NCBI GenBank assembly: GCA_001769385.1
Contig: MEPB01000037.1
Location: 12,241 to 76,240 of the forward strand
DNA from: Bacteroidetes bacterium RIFCSPLOWO2_12_FULL_35_15
Lineage (GTDB): Bacteria; Bacteroidota; Bacteroidia; 2-12-FULL-35-15
Reading direction: 5' to 3'
Length of the DNA: 64,000 nucleotides
Part shown: positions 62,967 through 64,000 of the stretch, one piece after another
Layout: every line of letters starts with the position of its first letter
Numbering within the stretch: position 1 is the stretch's first letter
The notes under the pieces: model-generated
What the model was told of the DNA's origin: nothing
Databases searched by the model: none
Seen by the model: the letters and a program-made list of their open reading frames with translations, nothing else
Made by a program: the position numbers and the translations under genes

Positions 62967-63064
62967 AGAGCAAATATAAGTTAAAAAGAGCGAATGGAGT
63001 AGGTAAAAATTTCAATCATCTTCCACTACAGCTATCGGTGGTAAAAGAATGCCATAAGCCATAT

Positions 63065-63325
63065 CTAGTTCACGTGTAAGGTATCTAGGAAACTCCCTTT
63101 TAACTTTAACCCGAATTCCTTTATGAGATCACCCAAGTTCATTTCAAATTCTTCAGCCAGTTTATAACACCAAAACAATGTTGGACTAATCTCCCCACGC
63201 TCAAGACGAGATATGTTTTGGTAATTATTCCCGACTTTAGAAGCCAGATGTGCCTGTGGCCAATCCTTTTCAAGTCTCTTTTTTGCACAGTTAAGGCAGG
63301 AAAGGAATGCAAGGCCTTTTTGTTT
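63065..63325 (-). CDS. XRE-family HTH reading frame (controller-like), with no in-frame ATG/GTG/TTG start; possibly frameshifted or degraded
   Basis: Minus-strand frame reads CAKKRLEKDWPQAHLASKVGNNYQNISRLERGEISPTLFWCYKLAEEFEMNLGDLIKEFG, a textbook XRE helix-turn-helix layout. The ORF-track ATG at 63369 is in a different frame. Confidence 0.4.
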   Translation of the reverse strand, partial: KQKGLAFLSCLNCAKKRLEKDWPQAHLASKVGNNYQNISRLERGEISPTLFWCYKLAEEFEMNLGDLIKEFGLKLKGSFLDTLHVN

Positions 63326-63405
63326 TTACATATATTTAAACAAATGATTAAATATATTGTTTTAATCAAAATATAAATTTAATTTTGTTATGCTATTTTG
63401 TAATC

Positions 63406-64000
63406 ATGAAAGTTAAAAAAGAAATAATAGATCCTTCAACGGAAGAAAAGATTAAGAATGCTGCCCGGAAAGTATTTACTCAAAAAGGCTATGCCGGTAC
63501 CAAAACAAGAGATATAGCGGAGGAGGCTGGAATTAATCTGGCATTGCTCAATTATTATTTCAGAAGCAAGGAAAAACTTTTTGACATTATCATGTTGGAG
63601 AGTTTTCAGGAATTTATGCGATCAATGATCTCTGTTTTCAATGACGAAAAAACTTCGCTAGAGAAAAAAATTGAATCGATGGTGAGTAACTACATTGATT
63701 TATTAATAAAACAACCCGATATTCCGCTTTTTATTCTTAGCGAATTGAGAAATAATCCGAATGAAATAGTTAAAAAAATGAGTTTAGATAATAACCTGAT
63801 GAAATCATTTTTTATGAAGCAAATTCAACAAGCAATTAAAGAGGAGAAAATTTCAGACATAAGTCCGGTACATTTTTTTATGAATATGATGAGTTTGACC
63901 GTTTTTCCATTTGTCGCAAGTCCGATGCTTAAAAATTTAGGAGATCTACAGCAAAAAGATTTTGACAAATTAATGCAAGAACGTAAAAAATTAATTCCCA
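63406..64000 (+). CDS. TetR/AcrR family transcriptional regulator (3' end beyond window)
   Basis: ATG at 63406. N-terminal HTH KIKNAARKVFTQKGYAGTKTRDIAEEAGINLALLNYYFRSKEKLF is a canonical TetR signature. No stop before the window end. Confidence 0.75.
   Translation, partial: MKVKKEIIDPSTEEKIKNAARKVFTQKGYAGTKTRDIAEEAGINLALLNYYFRSKEKLFDIIMLESFQEFMRSMISVFNDEKTSLEKKIESMVSNYIDLLIKQPDIPLFILSELRNNPNEIVKKMSLDNNLMKSFFMKQIQQAIKEEKISDISPVHFFMNMMSLTVFPFVASPMLKNLGDLQQKDFDKLMQERKKLIP

Noticed and set aside
56895-63000. Possibility that the operon is part of a prophage or integrative element
   Set aside because: No integrase, recombinase, tRNA target, phage structural or replication genes, or flanking direct repeats were seen. 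It is flanked by conserved housekeeping (infB) and a TetR gene.

Overview
Low-GC window, probably from a Bacteroidota chromosome. The evidence is several T9SS-type C-terminal sorting domains, gliding-motility-type CTDs, no Shine-Dalgarno-like spacing, and a rimP-nusA-infB operon. Most of the window is housekeeping (kdsB, hemJ, cysS, trpS, gatC, rnr, rfbA, xth, rimP-nusA-infB, LPS and cell-envelope genes), interspersed with secreted T9SS cargo proteins. One cargo is an M43 metalloprotease; another is a 1265-aa protein with internal tandem repeats. An ECF sigma gene is coupled to an anti-sigma-like gene whose product carries a T9SS CTD. There is a tandem triad of membrane-anchored PP2C/SpoIIE phosphatases with periplasmic sensor domains. 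The most interesting region is a tightly packed five-gene minus-strand operon at 56.9-62.9 kb, with an upstream XRE-like HTH remnant. It combines a beta-class amino DNA methyltransferase, a GHKL (MORC/MutL-like) ATPase, a DGQHR-motif DndB/ParB-like protein, a protein with weak UDG-superfamily motifs, and an unknown. Several of these proteins have lysine-rich tails. This looks like a previously uncharacterised modification-based defense (RM-like) system, sitting between the infB terminator and a divergent TetR regulator. A near-perfect 90-bp duplicate of the 3' end of a GT9 glycosyltransferase gene brackets a ~3 kb cassette (Lrp regulator plus T9SS M43 protease), which suggests an ancient insertion or island. 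No rRNA, tRNA or CRISPR was seen. Protein similarity, motif and secretion-signal assignments are from reading the sequence, not from database searches.
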